64,000 nucleotides of DNA from an uncultured Clostridia bacterium (GCA_944388565.1 CALXJG010000004.1:501-64500); one strand, 5' to 3'; shown: positions 18,039-26,816, numbered from the stretch's first letter. The notes: a model not told the origin generated them from the letters alone. A program made the numbers and translations.

Positions 18039-19157
18039 TTAAGTTATGTCCCAGTAGTTTTCATACCAACTGCTATATACGTAAGAACCATCTGGTCGCA
18101 AAATATTATAGCAGCCATCAATTCTTTGAACCCTAGCTTTACCGTTATAAAATGTTATTGGATTAAGAAAAGGTATTGTTTCTAAAATGGTGCCATCTGA
18201 TTTTAATAAGTACCAAAATTCATCACATCTTTGTACATTTGCAATATCATTACGAAAGGTTTTGGCTTGCTTAAACCATTCTTTTGTAGAAAGAAAACCA
18301 CCAGTTATTTTTAAGTAGTTCCAAAATTCATCCTCTCTTTGTGCTCTTGCAAGACCTTTATGAAAGAGATGTAATTTCTTTAACCAAATAGGAGATAGTG
18401 GAGTTCCATCTTCTCTTATATAGTTCCAAAGCATATCTTCTCTTTGCACTCTTGCAACACCATCATAAAAATGTTCACAGTAAATAAGGTTTGATTTTTC
18501 AAATAGTAATTTTCCGTTTCTTTTGATGTAGTTAAAATGTTTACCGATTTGAACTATTGCATAGTGCCCAATGAAATTTGAAAAATAATCAAACCAAAAA
18601 TATGGTGAAAGAATTTTACCTTTAGTATCTATAATATTTAGCTTACGAGTATCTTTGTGTGATACTATTGCAATTTTATTATTAAAATCACTTACAGAAA
18701 AATATTGTTCTTTAGATAGAAATTCACCATTTTGATTTATAAAGTTAAAAAGTAATGTTTCTTTATCTTGAATTGCTGCAAACCCTTCACAAAAACTACG
18801 TGCAAAATAAAAATGCTTATTTAGCCAAACTTCTCCTTTTTTAGTTAGAAAACAGAAATTATTTTCATATAATTTAACTAATCCAAGAGAATCCGAAAAA
18901 TCACTAGCATATCTAAACCATTTTTTTGAAAGTAGTTTCCCATATGGGTTAATGTAGTTATAGTATAATTTTTTTAAAAAAATTAATTCTACAACTGCAT
19001 ATCCTTCATAGAAAGCATGTACTTTGTTAAACCATATTCTACTTATGGTTTTTCCATCAGCATTAAGATAATTTTCTTTACCATGTTTTGATACTTTGGT
19101 TAATGATTTTATAATAGACCGGTCATCCAAAATTTTGTTTTTGTTTTTTGCAGGCAT
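18039..19157 (-). CDS. WG-repeat (KWG-like) protein, about 9.5 tandem repeats
   Basis: 372 aa with no signal peptide. Repeats of about 37 aa each, of the form F.(E/D/K)G.A.VQ...(L/F)WNYI...G..LS..W(F/L). Confidence 0.85.
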   Translation of the reverse strand: MPAKNKNKILDDRSIIKSLTKVSKHGKENYLNADGKTISRIWFNKVHAFYEGYAVVELIFLKKLYYNYINPYGKLLSKKWFRYASDFSDSLGLVKLYENNFCFLTKKGEVWLNKHFYFARSFCEGFAAIQDKETLLFNFINQNGEFLSKEQYFSVSDFNNKIAIVSHKDTRKLNIIDTKGKILSPYFWFDYFSNFIGHYAIVQIGKHFNYIKRNGKLLFEKSNLIYCEHFYDGVARVQREDMLWNYIREDGTPLSPIWLKKLHLFHKGLARAQREDEFWNYLKITGGFLSTKEWFKQAKTFRNDIANVQRCDEFWYLLKSDGTILETIPFLNPITFYNGKARVQRIDGCYNILRPDGSYVYSSWYENYWDIT

Positions 19158-19192
19158 ATTAATTCCCCCAAAATAAATTTAATTGCACAGCT

Positions 19193-19221
19193 ATTATAGC
19201 ACTAATAAATATTTATGTCAA
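19193..19221 (-). promoter_or_regulatory. consensus sigma-A promoter of the WG-repeat gene
   Basis: On the minus strand: TTGACA, 17 nt, TATAAT. The GGGGGA RBS follows. Confidence 0.6.
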
Positions 19222-19274
19222 ATTTTCTATCACAAAATTTTCACAAAAAATAAAGTTTTTTTAATAAAAAAAGC

Positions 19275-19303
19275 TTGACAAAGTATAAATATAGGTGTAA
19301 TAT
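19275..19303 (+). promoter_or_regulatory. sigma-A promoter of the hrcA-grpE-dnaK-dnaJ operon
   Basis: TTGACA (19275-19280), 17-nt spacer, TAATAT (19298-19303). Confidence 0.65.
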
Positions 19304-19311
19304 ATTAGAAG

Positions 19312-19338
19312 TTAGCACTCAAGAACTTAAAGTGCTAA
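19312..19338 (+). promoter_or_regulatory. CIRCE operator (HrcA binding site)
   Basis: TTAGCACTC-AAGAACTTA-AAGTGCTAA compared with the consensus TTAGCACTC-N9-GAGTGCTAA: one mismatch. Confidence 0.92.
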
Positions 19339-19350
19339 AAAGGTGATTTT

Positions 19351-20376
19351 ATGAATTTAGATGATAGAAAGAAAAAAATATTATCATCTGTTGTTGAGGA
19401 TTATATTTCATCTGCTGAGCCAGTAGGCTCTAAAACATTAGTTGATAAATATCATTTAGAGTATAGTAGTGCTACTATTAGAAATGAAATGAAGTTATTA
19501 GAAGAACAAGGATACTTAGAGCAACCTCATGTATCTGCTGGTAGAATACCATCAACTAAGGGTTATAGATACTATGTTGATAATTTAATGAAAGAGAAAA
19601 AGCTGTCAATGGTCGATATTAATTATATTGATAATAGCATAACCGGCTTTGGTGATACAGAAAAATTACTTGAACAAGCAGCTGATGTTATATCAAAAGT
19701 ACTTACTAGACCTACAGTTCTTACTCTAAAAAAACAAGATTTATTAGAAAATATAAAAATAGTAAAAGTTTCAGATAAATTATTGTTAATAATTATTTTA
19801 TCACAAAATGGTACTGTTAAAGACTGCTTTGCTAAACTTACAGATTCTGTTCAAGATCAAACAATTGAAGAGTTAACTGAGATATTAAATAAAAATTTAG
19901 TTGGAACTCCACTTGAAAATTTAAGTTTAGTTTTAAATAATGTTATAGCAAAAGAACTTACAGCCTTTTCATTTGTTCTTGATAAAATATGTGAAAGTAT
20001 AAAATATGAAATGTCAAAAGAACAAAAAAAGTTAAGTGCAAATGTTGAATCTATTTTGGAATTACCAGAATTTTCAGATGTAGAGAAGGCAAAAAATTTT
20101 GTTAATATGATTTCAACTAAAGAAGTAATAGATGAAGCATTAGAAAAAACGAAATCTAATGGACTTGGAATTATAATAGGGTCTGAGAGCAAAGAAGTAA
20201 TGTTAAAAGATTGCAGTATTATATCACTAGATATTGAAAAAGATAATAAACATATAGGTAAGATATCTGTAATTAGTCCAAAAAGAATTGATTATTCAAA
20301 AACAATATCTACATTAAAGTATATTAATACTAAGTTTAAAAATTTATTACTTAATGATAAAGATGAGGGAGGATAA
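19351..20376 (+). CDS. hrcA: heat-inducible transcription repressor HrcA
   Basis: 341 aa. N-terminal winged-helix ERKKKILSSVVEDYISSAEPVGSKTL. Operon context. Confidence 0.95.
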   Translation: MNLDDRKKKILSSVVEDYISSAEPVGSKTLVDKYHLEYSSATIRNEMKLLEEQGYLEQPHVSAGRIPSTKGYRYYVDNLMKEKKLSMVDINYIDNSITGFGDTEKLLEQAADVISKVLTRPTVLTLKKQDLLENIKIVKVSDKLLLIIILSQNGTVKDCFAKLTDSVQDQTIEELTEILNKNLVGTPLENLSLVLNNVIAKELTAFSFVLDKICESIKYEMSKEQKKLSANVESILELPEFSDVEKAKNFVNMISTKEVIDEALEKTKSNGLGIIIGSESKEVMLKDCSIISLDIEKDNKHIGKISVISPKRIDYSKTISTLKYINTKFKNLLLNDKDEGG

Positions 20377-20377
20377 A

Positions 20378-20932
20378 ATGGAAAACGGTGAAAATGAAAA
20401 TCAAGAATTAGATGATAATTTAATTGATGATTTAGAAGAATTAAAAGATGAAAATGGTGAAGTTGATAAAGATTTATATATAGCCAAACTAAATGAGCAT
20501 TTAAATGATCAAAAGAAAAAAGCTGATGAATATTTTGAACATTTAAAAAGGAATATGGCTGAATTTGATAATTTTAAAAAGAGAATGTCAAAGGAAAAAG
20601 AAAATCTATATATTACAATTACATCTGATGTATTAGCAGATATATTACCAATTATAGATAATTTTGAAAAAGCAGTATCTGCAGAAACAAAGGATGAATC
20701 GTTTAAAGATGGTATGGTTATGATATATAACCAATTAAATGATACTTTAAAGAAATTTGGACTTGAAGAAATTGATGCTTTAAACAAAACATTTGATCCA
20801 AATTATCATGAAGCAGTAATGCATGTTGAAGATGATAATTTTGGTGAAAAAGAAATAGTAGAAGTTTTAAGAAAAGGCTACAAAATTGGAGATAAAGTAA
20901 TACGTCATTCAATGGTAAAAGTAGCAAATTAA
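20378..20932 (+). CDS. grpE: nucleotide exchange factor GrpE
   Basis: Start at ATG 20378 after GAGGGAGGA (the ORF track starts at 20354, inside hrcA). C-terminal FDPNYHEAV...GYKIGDKVIRHSMVKV. Confidence 0.93.
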   Translation: MENGENENQELDDNLIDDLEELKDENGEVDKDLYIAKLNEHLNDQKKKADEYFEHLKRNMAEFDNFKKRMSKEKENLYITITSDVLADILPIIDNFEKAVSAETKDESFKDGMVMIYNQLNDTLKKFGLEEIDALNKTFDPNYHEAVMHVEDDNFGEKEIVEVLRKGYKIGDKVIRHSMVKVAN

Positions 20933-21019
20933 ATTATTTTGGTATTTACTTAATCCGTGTATTTATATATGAATTAAGTATATAATATAAATAACTTTGT
21001 ATTTTTAGGAGGTAATATT

Positions 21020-22852
21020 ATGTCAAAAGTTATTGGAATAGACTTAGGAACAACAAATTCATGTGTTTCTGTAATTGAAAATGGAGAACCAGTTGTAATT
21101 CCTAACGCAGAAGGTGCAAGAACAACTCCATCAATAGTTGCTTTTGCAAAGAATGGAGAAAGATTAGTAGGTCAAGTTGCAAAACGTCAAGCTGTTACTA
21201 ATCATGATAGAACAGTAATCTCTATAAAAAGAGATATGGGAAGTGACAAAAAAGTTAAAATTGATGATAAAGAATATACACCACAAGAAATATCAGCTAT
21301 GATTTTACAAAAATTAAAAGCAGATGCTGAAAATTATCTTGGTGAGAAAGTAACTCAAGCAGTTATAACTGTACCAGCATATTTTAGTGATTCACAAAGA
21401 CAAGCAACTAAAGATGCAGGAAGAATAGCAGGTCTTGAAGTTCTAAGAATAATAAATGAACCAACTGCAGCATCACTTGCTCATGGTTTTGATAAAGACG
21501 CTGAACAAAAAATAATGGTATATGATCTTGGTGGTGGTACATTTGATGTATCTATCCTAGATATAGCAGATGGTGTTTTTGAAGTTATGGCTACATCTGG
21601 TAATAACAGACTAGGTGGAGATGACTTTGATGAAAGAGTTATTAATTATTTAGTTTCTGAATTTAAGAAAGATAATGGAATAGATTTATCAAAAGATAAT
21701 ATGGCAATGCAAAGATTAAAGGAAGCTGCTGAAAAAGCTAAAATAGAACTTTCTTCTGTAATGCAAGCTCAAATTAATCTACCATTTATTACTGCTGATT
21801 CAACAGGACCAAAACATTTAGATATAACTTTAACTAGATCTAAATTTGAAGAATTAATTTCTGATTTAGTAGAGTCAACAGTTGAACCTGTAAATCAAGC
21901 AATGAAAGATTCAGGTCTTACATTTGATAAAATTGATAAAGTATTACTTGTTGGTGGTTCTACACGTGTTCCACTTGTACAAGAAACTGTAAAAAGAATA
22001 ACAGGTAAAGAACCATATAAAGGTATCAACCCAGATGAATGTGTTGCTATCGGTGCAGCAATTCAAGGTGGTGTATTAACTGGTGAAGTTAAAGATCTTG
22101 TATTACTTGATGTAACACCATTATCATTAGGTATTGAAACTTATGGTGGTGTATTTACAAAATTAATTGAAAGAAATACAACAATACCAACTAAAAAATC
22201 ACAAATATTTAGTACAGCTGCTGATGGTCAAACATCTGTTGAAGTACATGTATTACAAGGTGAAAGAGAAATAGCATCATATAATAAAACTTTAGGAAGA
22301 TTTAGTTTAACTGGTATTCCACCAGCTCCAAGAGGTGTACCACAAATTGAGGTTACATTCGATATTGATGCTAATGGTATAGTTCATGTTACAGCTAAGG
22401 ATATGGCTACAAACAATGAACAAAAAATTGCTATTACAGCTAGTTCAAATCTAACAGAAGAAGAAATACAAAAAGCTGTAAAAGAAGCTGAAGCACATGC
22501 TGCAGAAGATAAGAAGAAAAAAGAAGAAGTTGAAGTTAGAAATAATGCTGATTCATTAGTATATAATACTGAGAAAACTTTAAAAGAATTAGAAGGTAAA
22601 ATTTCTGATGAAGAAAAATCTAAAGTAGAAGTAGAACTTTCAAATGTTAAAAAAGCTCTTGAAGGTACAGATATTGATGCTATTAAATCTTCAAGTGAAA
22701 AATTAACACAAGTATTCTATGAAATATCTCAAAAATTATATTCTCAAGCAAACCCACAAGGTGCAGCAAGTGAACAAACTACTACTGCAGATGGAAGCGA
22801 AAATGTTGTACATGATGCAGATTATAAAGTAGAAGATGATAATAAACAATAG
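21020..22852 (+). CDS. dnaK: molecular chaperone DnaK (Hsp70)
   Basis: 610 aa. [18 protein letters not shown] and [11 protein letters not shown]. Confidence 0.98.
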   Translation: MSKVIGIDLGTTNSCVSVIENGEPVVIPNAEGARTTPSIVAFAKNGERLVGQVAKRQAVTNHDRTVISIKRDMGSDKKVKIDDKEYTPQEISAMILQKLKADAENYLGEKVTQAVITVPAYFSDSQRQATKDAGRIAGLEVLRIINEPTAASLAHGFDKDAEQKIMVYDLGGGTFDVSILDIADGVFEVMATSGNNRLGGDDFDERVINYLVSEFKKDNGIDLSKDNMAMQRLKEAAEKAKIELSSVMQAQINLPFITADSTGPKHLDITLTRSKFEELISDLVESTVEPVNQAMKDSGLTFDKIDKVLLVGGSTRVPLVQETVKRITGKEPYKGINPDECVAIGAAIQGGVLTGEVKDLVLLDVTPLSLGIETYGGVFTKLIERNTTIPTKKSQIFSTAADGQTSVEVHVLQGEREIASYNKTLGRFSLTGIPPAPRGVPQIEVTFDIDANGIVHVTAKDMATNNEQKIAITASSNLTEEEIQKAVKEAEAHAAEDKKKKEEVEVRNNADSLVYNTEKTLKELEGKISDEEKSKVEVELSNVKKALEGTDIDAIKSSSEKLTQVFYEISQKLYSQANPQGAASEQTTTADGSENVVHDADYKVEDDNKQ

Positions 22853-22924
22853 GTTATCATAATATATAAATAAAGGGTGTAAATATTCTTTCACCCTTTA
22901 TTTAAAATGTAGGGGGAAATTTTT

Positions 22925-24091
22925 GTGGCAGATTCAAAAGATTATTATGAGATATTAGGCGTTTCAAAAAATGCTACAGATGAAGAAATAAAAAAAGCAT
23001 ATAGAAGTATGGCAAAAAAATATCATCCTGATGCACAACAAGGAGAGCAAGCCAAAAAAGACGCTGAAGTAAAATTCAAAGAGATAAATGAAGCTTATTC
23101 AGTTCTTTCTGATCAAAATAAACGTGCTCAATACGATAGATTTGGTTCAAATTTTGAACAAGCAGGATTTGGTGGAAATGCTGGCTATGGTGGATTTGGA
23201 GGTTTTGATTTCTCTGGATTTGGAAATGGCATGGGAGTAGATATTGATCTTGATGATATCTTAGGTAGTGTATTTGGCGGTGGATTCGGAGGTTTTGGAC
23301 AAAAATCTAAAAAGACAGGACCAACAAGAGGCGCTGATTTAAGATATAACATGAATATTTCTTTTGAAGAAGCAGCTTTTGGAACCAAAAGAGAAATTAA
23401 TGTGTCAAAAAATGAAGTATGTGATGTATGTCATGGCAGTGGTGCAAAACCAGGAAGTAAAGTTGTAACTTGTGATAAATGTCATGGTAGTGGAAAAGTA
23501 CAAACTACTCAAAATACAATAATGGGAACATTTGCTACTGTAAAAACTTGTGATAAATGTGGTGGTGAAGGAAAAGTAATAACTGAACCATGTGAGAAAT
23601 GTAACAAAAGAGGAACAGTAAGAAAAACAAAAAAAATAACTGTAAATATACCAGCAGGTATAGATAATGGTCAAGCAATTTCTATTCATGGTGAAGGTGA
23701 TTGCGGTAAAAAAGGCGGACCTGCAGGAGATTTATTTGTTGTTGTTAATGTTGCACCTCATAAAATATTTACAAGAAACGGATTTGATATCTCTGAAACA
23801 ATAAAAGTTCCATTTGCCAAATTAACTTTAGGTGGCACAATTAAAGTTCCTACTCTTGAGGATGAAGTTGAGTATAATATACCAGAAGGTACTCAAACAG
23901 GTACTAAATTTAGACTAAAAGAAAAAGGAATACAAAATATACACGGTAGAGGAAGAGGAAATCTTGAATTTACTGTTGTTGTTGATATACCAAGAAAGCT
24001 TAATGATGAACAAAGGGAATTACTTACTAAATTTGCTGCTTCATTTGGTGATGAAGTAAATACTAAGAAAAAAGGTTTCTTTGGAAGATAA
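22925..24091 (+). CDS. dnaJ: molecular chaperone DnaJ
   Basis: 388 aa. J-domain YYEILGV...HPD, G/F-rich region and four CxxCxGxG zinc-finger repeats. GTG start. Confidence 0.97.
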   Translation: MADSKDYYEILGVSKNATDEEIKKAYRSMAKKYHPDAQQGEQAKKDAEVKFKEINEAYSVLSDQNKRAQYDRFGSNFEQAGFGGNAGYGGFGGFDFSGFGNGMGVDIDLDDILGSVFGGGFGGFGQKSKKTGPTRGADLRYNMNISFEEAAFGTKREINVSKNEVCDVCHGSGAKPGSKVVTCDKCHGSGKVQTTQNTIMGTFATVKTCDKCGGEGKVITEPCEKCNKRGTVRKTKKITVNIPAGIDNGQAISIHGEGDCGKKGGPAGDLFVVVNVAPHKIFTRNGFDISETIKVPFAKLTLGGTIKVPTLEDEVEYNIPEGTQTGTKFRLKEKGIQNIHGRGRGNLEFTVVVDIPRKLNDEQRELLTKFAASFGDEVNTKKKGFFGR

Positions 24092-24105
24092 ATATAACAT
24101 ATAAA

Positions 24106-24139
24106 ATAAGCTGTCAATTATTGACAGCTTATTTGGTTT
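24106..24139. terminator. bidirectional terminator between dnaJ and the convergent zinc-ribbon operon
   Basis: ATAAGCTGTCAAT-T-ATTGACAGCTTAT palindrome followed by TTGGTTT. Confidence 0.75.
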
Positions 24140-24140
24140 A

Positions 24141-24404
24141 CTATACCTTAATAGAATTTTCTTCAAGAAAGTTTAACACTACTTTGGGAAGAGAATTACT
24201 AAGAATATAGTTTTTCTTACCGCAGATTGGACATATGGCATAGTGGCAGAGAATGTAAAAGTATTCACCGGACATATCTTTAACATTTTCGCCAAGAGGA
24301 ATTGCACCATTATTTAAAGTTACAGAAAAATTATGGTTGCAATTATTACAACTTATATTAATTGGACAGTTTAATGGATCAACAGCTTTTTTTGATGATT
24401 TCAT
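24141..24404 (-). CDS. small zinc-ribbon protein (87 aa)
   Basis: CNNC...CPIC pairs. Shares the motif (Y/F)F.....ICPIC.KK with the 57-aa ORF. GGGG-containing RBS. Confidence 0.6.
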   Translation of the reverse strand: MKSSKKAVDPLNCPINISCNNCNHNFSVTLNNGAIPLGENVKDMSGEYFYILCHYAICPICGKKNYILSNSLPKVVLNFLEENSIKV

Positions 24405-24435
24405 TACTTACTACCCCTTTATGCTAAGTTTTTTA

Positions 24436-24675
24436 TTAGCTATTTAGCTCTTTAAGAGCTTTAAAACATAAAATTTCCTGTAAATCTTTTGAAAGTTCAT
24501 GTGGTGATACAGAGATATTATTTCCACAATCATGTGTTGTAAAAAAGTAGAAATTAACATCTTTTTCGTTAATAGTACACTTACATTTGATGTTATCACA
24601 AGTCATAACATGTACACTGTTACATTTTTTACAAACTTTTTTTATATGGAAATCATTTCTTTTATCTAGTTTCAT
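24436..24675 (-). CDS. small Cys-rich zinc-ribbon-like protein (79 aa)
   Basis: CKKC, CDNIKCKC and FYFFTTHDC. AGGAGA RBS 8 nt upstream of the ATG. Confidence 0.6.
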   Translation of the reverse strand: MKLDKRNDFHIKKVCKKCNSVHVMTCDNIKCKCTINEKDVNFYFFTTHDCGNNISVSPHELSKDLQEILCFKALKELNS

Positions 24676-24683
24676 TTCTTTAC

Positions 24684-24857
24684 CTAATATTCTCCTTTTT
24701 TATCGGAAGTAATAATTTCTTTTTTACATATTGGGCAAATATATGAGTTGAAAAAATATTTATTTTGTTTATCTAGGATTTTTAATGACCGCTCTAAATC
24801 AACTTGTACATTGTTACCGCAGTAAGGGCATTTTGTTAAGATTTTTTTGTACTTCAT
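24684..24857 (-). CDS. small zinc-ribbon protein (57 aa; below the ORF-track size cut-off)
   Basis: Hand translation: MKYKKILTKCPYCGNNVQVDLERSLKILDKQNKYFFNSYICPICKKEIITSDKKGEY*. GGAGG RBS (plus-strand CCTCC at 24866-24870). Confidence 0.5.
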   Translation of the reverse strand: MKYKKILTKCPYCGNNVQVDLERSLKILDKQNKYFFNSYICPICKKEIITSDKKGEY

Positions 24858-24911
24858 TACCATACCTCCATAAATAATTATATTATTTGGCTTTTTACGT
24901 TAACATAAAAA

Positions 24912-24940
24912 ATTATATCATTTATATGATAGTATGTCAA
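24912..24940 (-). promoter_or_regulatory. consensus sigma-A promoter of the three-gene zinc-ribbon operon
   Basis: On the minus strand: TTGACA, 17 nt, TATAAT (plus-strand TGTCAA 24935-24940, ATTATA 24912-24917). Confidence 0.6.
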
Positions 24941-25005
24941 TATTTATAAACAATTTAAGTACTTAGTATTTGAATATTTTCTTCTGTATTAAAGTAGTAT
25001 ATCTA

Positions 25006-25034
25006 TTGTTTAAAACTACAATTTTTGGTATAAT
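25006..25034 (+). promoter_or_regulatory. promoter of rsmE with extended -10
   Basis: TTGTTT, 17 nt, then TATAAT (25029-25034) preceded by TGG. Confidence 0.5.
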
Positions 25035-25050
25035 AAATGTGGTGATTAAA

Positions 25051-25788
25051 ATGGCTAGGAGATTTATTGTAGATAGTAATGATATATTAATAAACGATGA
25101 TAAGAATATAAAAATAAGTGGTACTGAAGTAAAGCATATTCAAGTATTAAGACATGAAGTTGATGATGAAATAATAATTAATAAGTATATATGCAAAATA
25201 AAGCATATTGGAAGAGATTATATTGAATTAGAAAAATTAAAAGATGCACCAGTTCTTGGAGTTCCAAATATAAATTTAACATTATATATTGCTGTGTTAA
25301 AAAATGATAAATTAGATTTAGTAGTTCAAAAGGCTGTAGAGCTTGGTGTAAAAACTATTATTCCTTTTATTTCTAATAATGTTGTTGTAAAGTTAGATGA
25401 AAAAGGAAAAATTAAAAGAAAAGAAAAATTACAAAAAATCGCAAATGAAGCATGTAAACAATGTGGTAGAAGTGATGAAGTAGTAATTAAAGATATAATT
25501 TCTTTTAAAGAATTATTAAATTGTATGAGTGAAAATGAAATTAATTTTTTTGCCTATGAGAATGAAAAAGATAGCCTATATAATGTTATATCAAATAAAA
25601 GTAATTTAAAAGATATTTCATGTATAATAGGTCCAGAAGGTGGTTTTACTAAAGATGAAGCAAGTATCCTTAAAGAAATTTATAACGTTAGTACTATAAG
25701 TTTAGGAACTAGGATTTTAAGAGCTGAAACTGCAGCAATTAATATTATTTCGATTATTATGTATGAATATGATAGGCGAGTATTTTAA
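25051..25788 (+). CDS. rsmE: 16S rRNA (uracil1498-N3)-methyltransferase
   Basis: Start at ATG 25051 (MARRFIV...) after GGTGA; the ORF track starts at 24970. C-terminal GPEGGFTKDE and LGTRILRAETAA. Confidence 0.9.
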   Translation: MARRFIVDSNDILINDDKNIKISGTEVKHIQVLRHEVDDEIIINKYICKIKHIGRDYIELEKLKDAPVLGVPNINLTLYIAVLKNDKLDLVVQKAVELGVKTIIPFISNNVVVKLDEKGKIKRKEKLQKIANEACKQCGRSDEVVIKDIISFKELLNCMSENEINFFAYENEKDSLYNVISNKSNLKDISCIIGPEGGFTKDEASILKEIYNVSTISLGTRILRAETAAINIISIIMYEYDRRVF

Positions 25789-25864
25789 TAGTTTATTTGG
25801 CATTTGTTATAAAAAAATATGTTATATTTAGTACCTAATATTACAAGTTTATTTCAAAAATATG

Positions 25865-25892
25865 TTGACTTTATAGTTTAAAAAAGTATAAT
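25865..25892 (+). promoter_or_regulatory. sigma-A promoter of the PBECR-like gene
   Basis: TTGACT, 16 nt, TATAAT. Confidence 0.5.
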
Positions 25893-25919
25893 ATGTAGTA
25901 TAGTTCAGGAGAGGTACAA

Positions 25920-26312
25920 ATGAATAAAAAAGTTGGGAAAATAACAAAGGAAGTAATAGAAAAGTTAAATTTAGATATAAAAGAAGATACTCCAATTTTT
26001 ATTGGTGAAACAAATATAGAACATATTAAAGCCAGACATTTAGAAGATTACAAAAAATATGGTAATCAAATTCCAAATATTATTTCTAACCCAACATATT
26101 TAGCCAGAGATGAAAAGAAAAATTCTATAGAATATATAAAAAAGTATATAATAAATAATGAAATGGTACTTATAGTTGTTAGAGCAAGTGGAAAAAAGCA
26201 ACAATTTGTAAGGACAATGTATATAATGGCGGAAGAGAAAATTGAAAAATATAGTTTGGATATTTTAAAAAAATTTAGTTTGACAACGACAAAAATGTAT
26301 GTTATAATTTAG
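25920..26312 (+). CDS. PBECR-type (Barnase/EndoU/ColicinE5-D/RelE-like) nuclease-fold protein, tentative
   Basis: 130 aa. The pattern IFIGETNIEHIKARH...IPNIISNPTYLARDEKKNSIEYIK...VLIVVRASG...FVRTMYIM resembles small proteins common on Firmicute plasmids, ICEs and phages. Assigned from memory only. Confidence 0.45.
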   Translation: MNKKVGKITKEVIEKLNLDIKEDTPIFIGETNIEHIKARHLEDYKKYGNQIPNIISNPTYLARDEKKNSIEYIKKYIINNEMVLIVVRASGKKQQFVRTMYIMAEEKIEKYSLDILKKFSLTTTKMYVII

Positions 26313-26330
26313 TTATACATAAAATATTAA

Positions 26331-26415
26331 AGGAAAGCTCTGAGGACGGAACTGGTAGCCGTAGCCCATCGTAAGATGTAGGAGATGTGGGAGTACCACC
26401 CCACCTAGTTTTCCT
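26331..26415 (+). ncRNA. candidate structured RNA element (unknown class) in the 3' region of the PBECR-like gene
   Basis: About 85 nt, visibly GC-rich against AT-rich flanks. Closing helix AGGAAAGCT / AGTTTTCCT (9 bp incl. 1 G-U), ACGG/CCGT hairpin, CATC-GTAA-GATG hairpin with a GNRA loop, and GTGGG/CCCAC hairpin. A terminator follows immediately. Confidence 0.35.
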
Positions 26416-26424
26416 AACTTAAAA

Positions 26425-26456
26425 AAGCAAGGTAGAGATACCTTGCTTTGATTTTT
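26425..26456. terminator. rho-independent terminator (symmetrical A/T flanks)
   Basis: AAGCAAGGTA-GAGA-TACCTTGCTT followed by TGATTTTT, with an A6 run upstream. Confidence 0.8.
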
Positions 26457-26555
26457 ATACTTTCTTTTCGTCATATTATTGAAATAATATTGAAATATTA
26501 TAAAAAAAGTTATATAATATAGCAGATAGTGAACGTATGAAGAAAGAGGGAGAAT

Positions 26556-26816
26556 ATGAGAAAAACAATTATTGCAATTTTTGGAATTGTAGGTATGTTA
26601 CTAGGATTTTACTTAGGAGAGTTAGCAAGCTCTGTATCATGGTTAAAATGGCTTGCAATAGGGGGAGAAATAGGTTTTAAAAATCCAGTTGTATTGGATT
26701 TATCTTTTTTGCAAATAACATTTGGACTTTGGTTTAAAATAAGTGTTTGCGGAGTATTATGTATGGTAATATTTGGATTTATTGGTAGAGCTGTAGCACG
26801 TTGGCTAAAAGTATAG
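26556..26816 (+). CDS. DUF4321 family small membrane protein
   Basis: 86 aa with two TM segments, in the usual Clostridial position upstream of radC-mreB. Confidence 0.75.
   Translation: MRKTIIAIFGIVGMLLGFYLGELASSVSWLKWLAIGGEIGFKNPVVLDLSFLQITFGLWFKISVCGVLCMVIFGFIGRAVARWLKV

Noticed and set aside
20960-20995. Inverted repeat TACTTAAT...ATTAAGTA between grpE and dnaK, considered as a second CIRCE or an internal terminator.
   Set aside because: It has no similarity to the CIRCE consensus, only an 8-bp AT-only stem with a 17-nt loop, and no T-tract.
24970-25050. 5'-extended starts in the ORF track: rsmE 24970, ATPase 11753, grpE 20354, mreB 27546, PGM 32239, GT genes 38948/39990/43919/48976, cdaA 56849 and trmL 62440.
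   Set aside because: The extensions run through promoters or upstream genes and lack an RBS. Internal ATGs preceded by GGAGG-like sites give N-termini that match the families, so I used those starts.
25791-25870. Short direct repeats (AGTTTATTT and AAAAATATGTT, each occurring twice about 35-56 bp apart) upstream of the PBECR-like gene, considered as att-like scars.
   Set aside because: They are only 9-11 nt long and extremely AT-rich, so they are expected by chance. I noticed no matching copy on the other side of the gene.
26385-26405. GGGAGTACCACCCC resembles the T-box core GGGTGGTACCGCG.
   Set aside because: There is no Stem I/specifier region upstream (that region is coding sequence). 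The match is imperfect and the downstream gene is not related to amino acids. The element is kept only as an unknown structured RNA.
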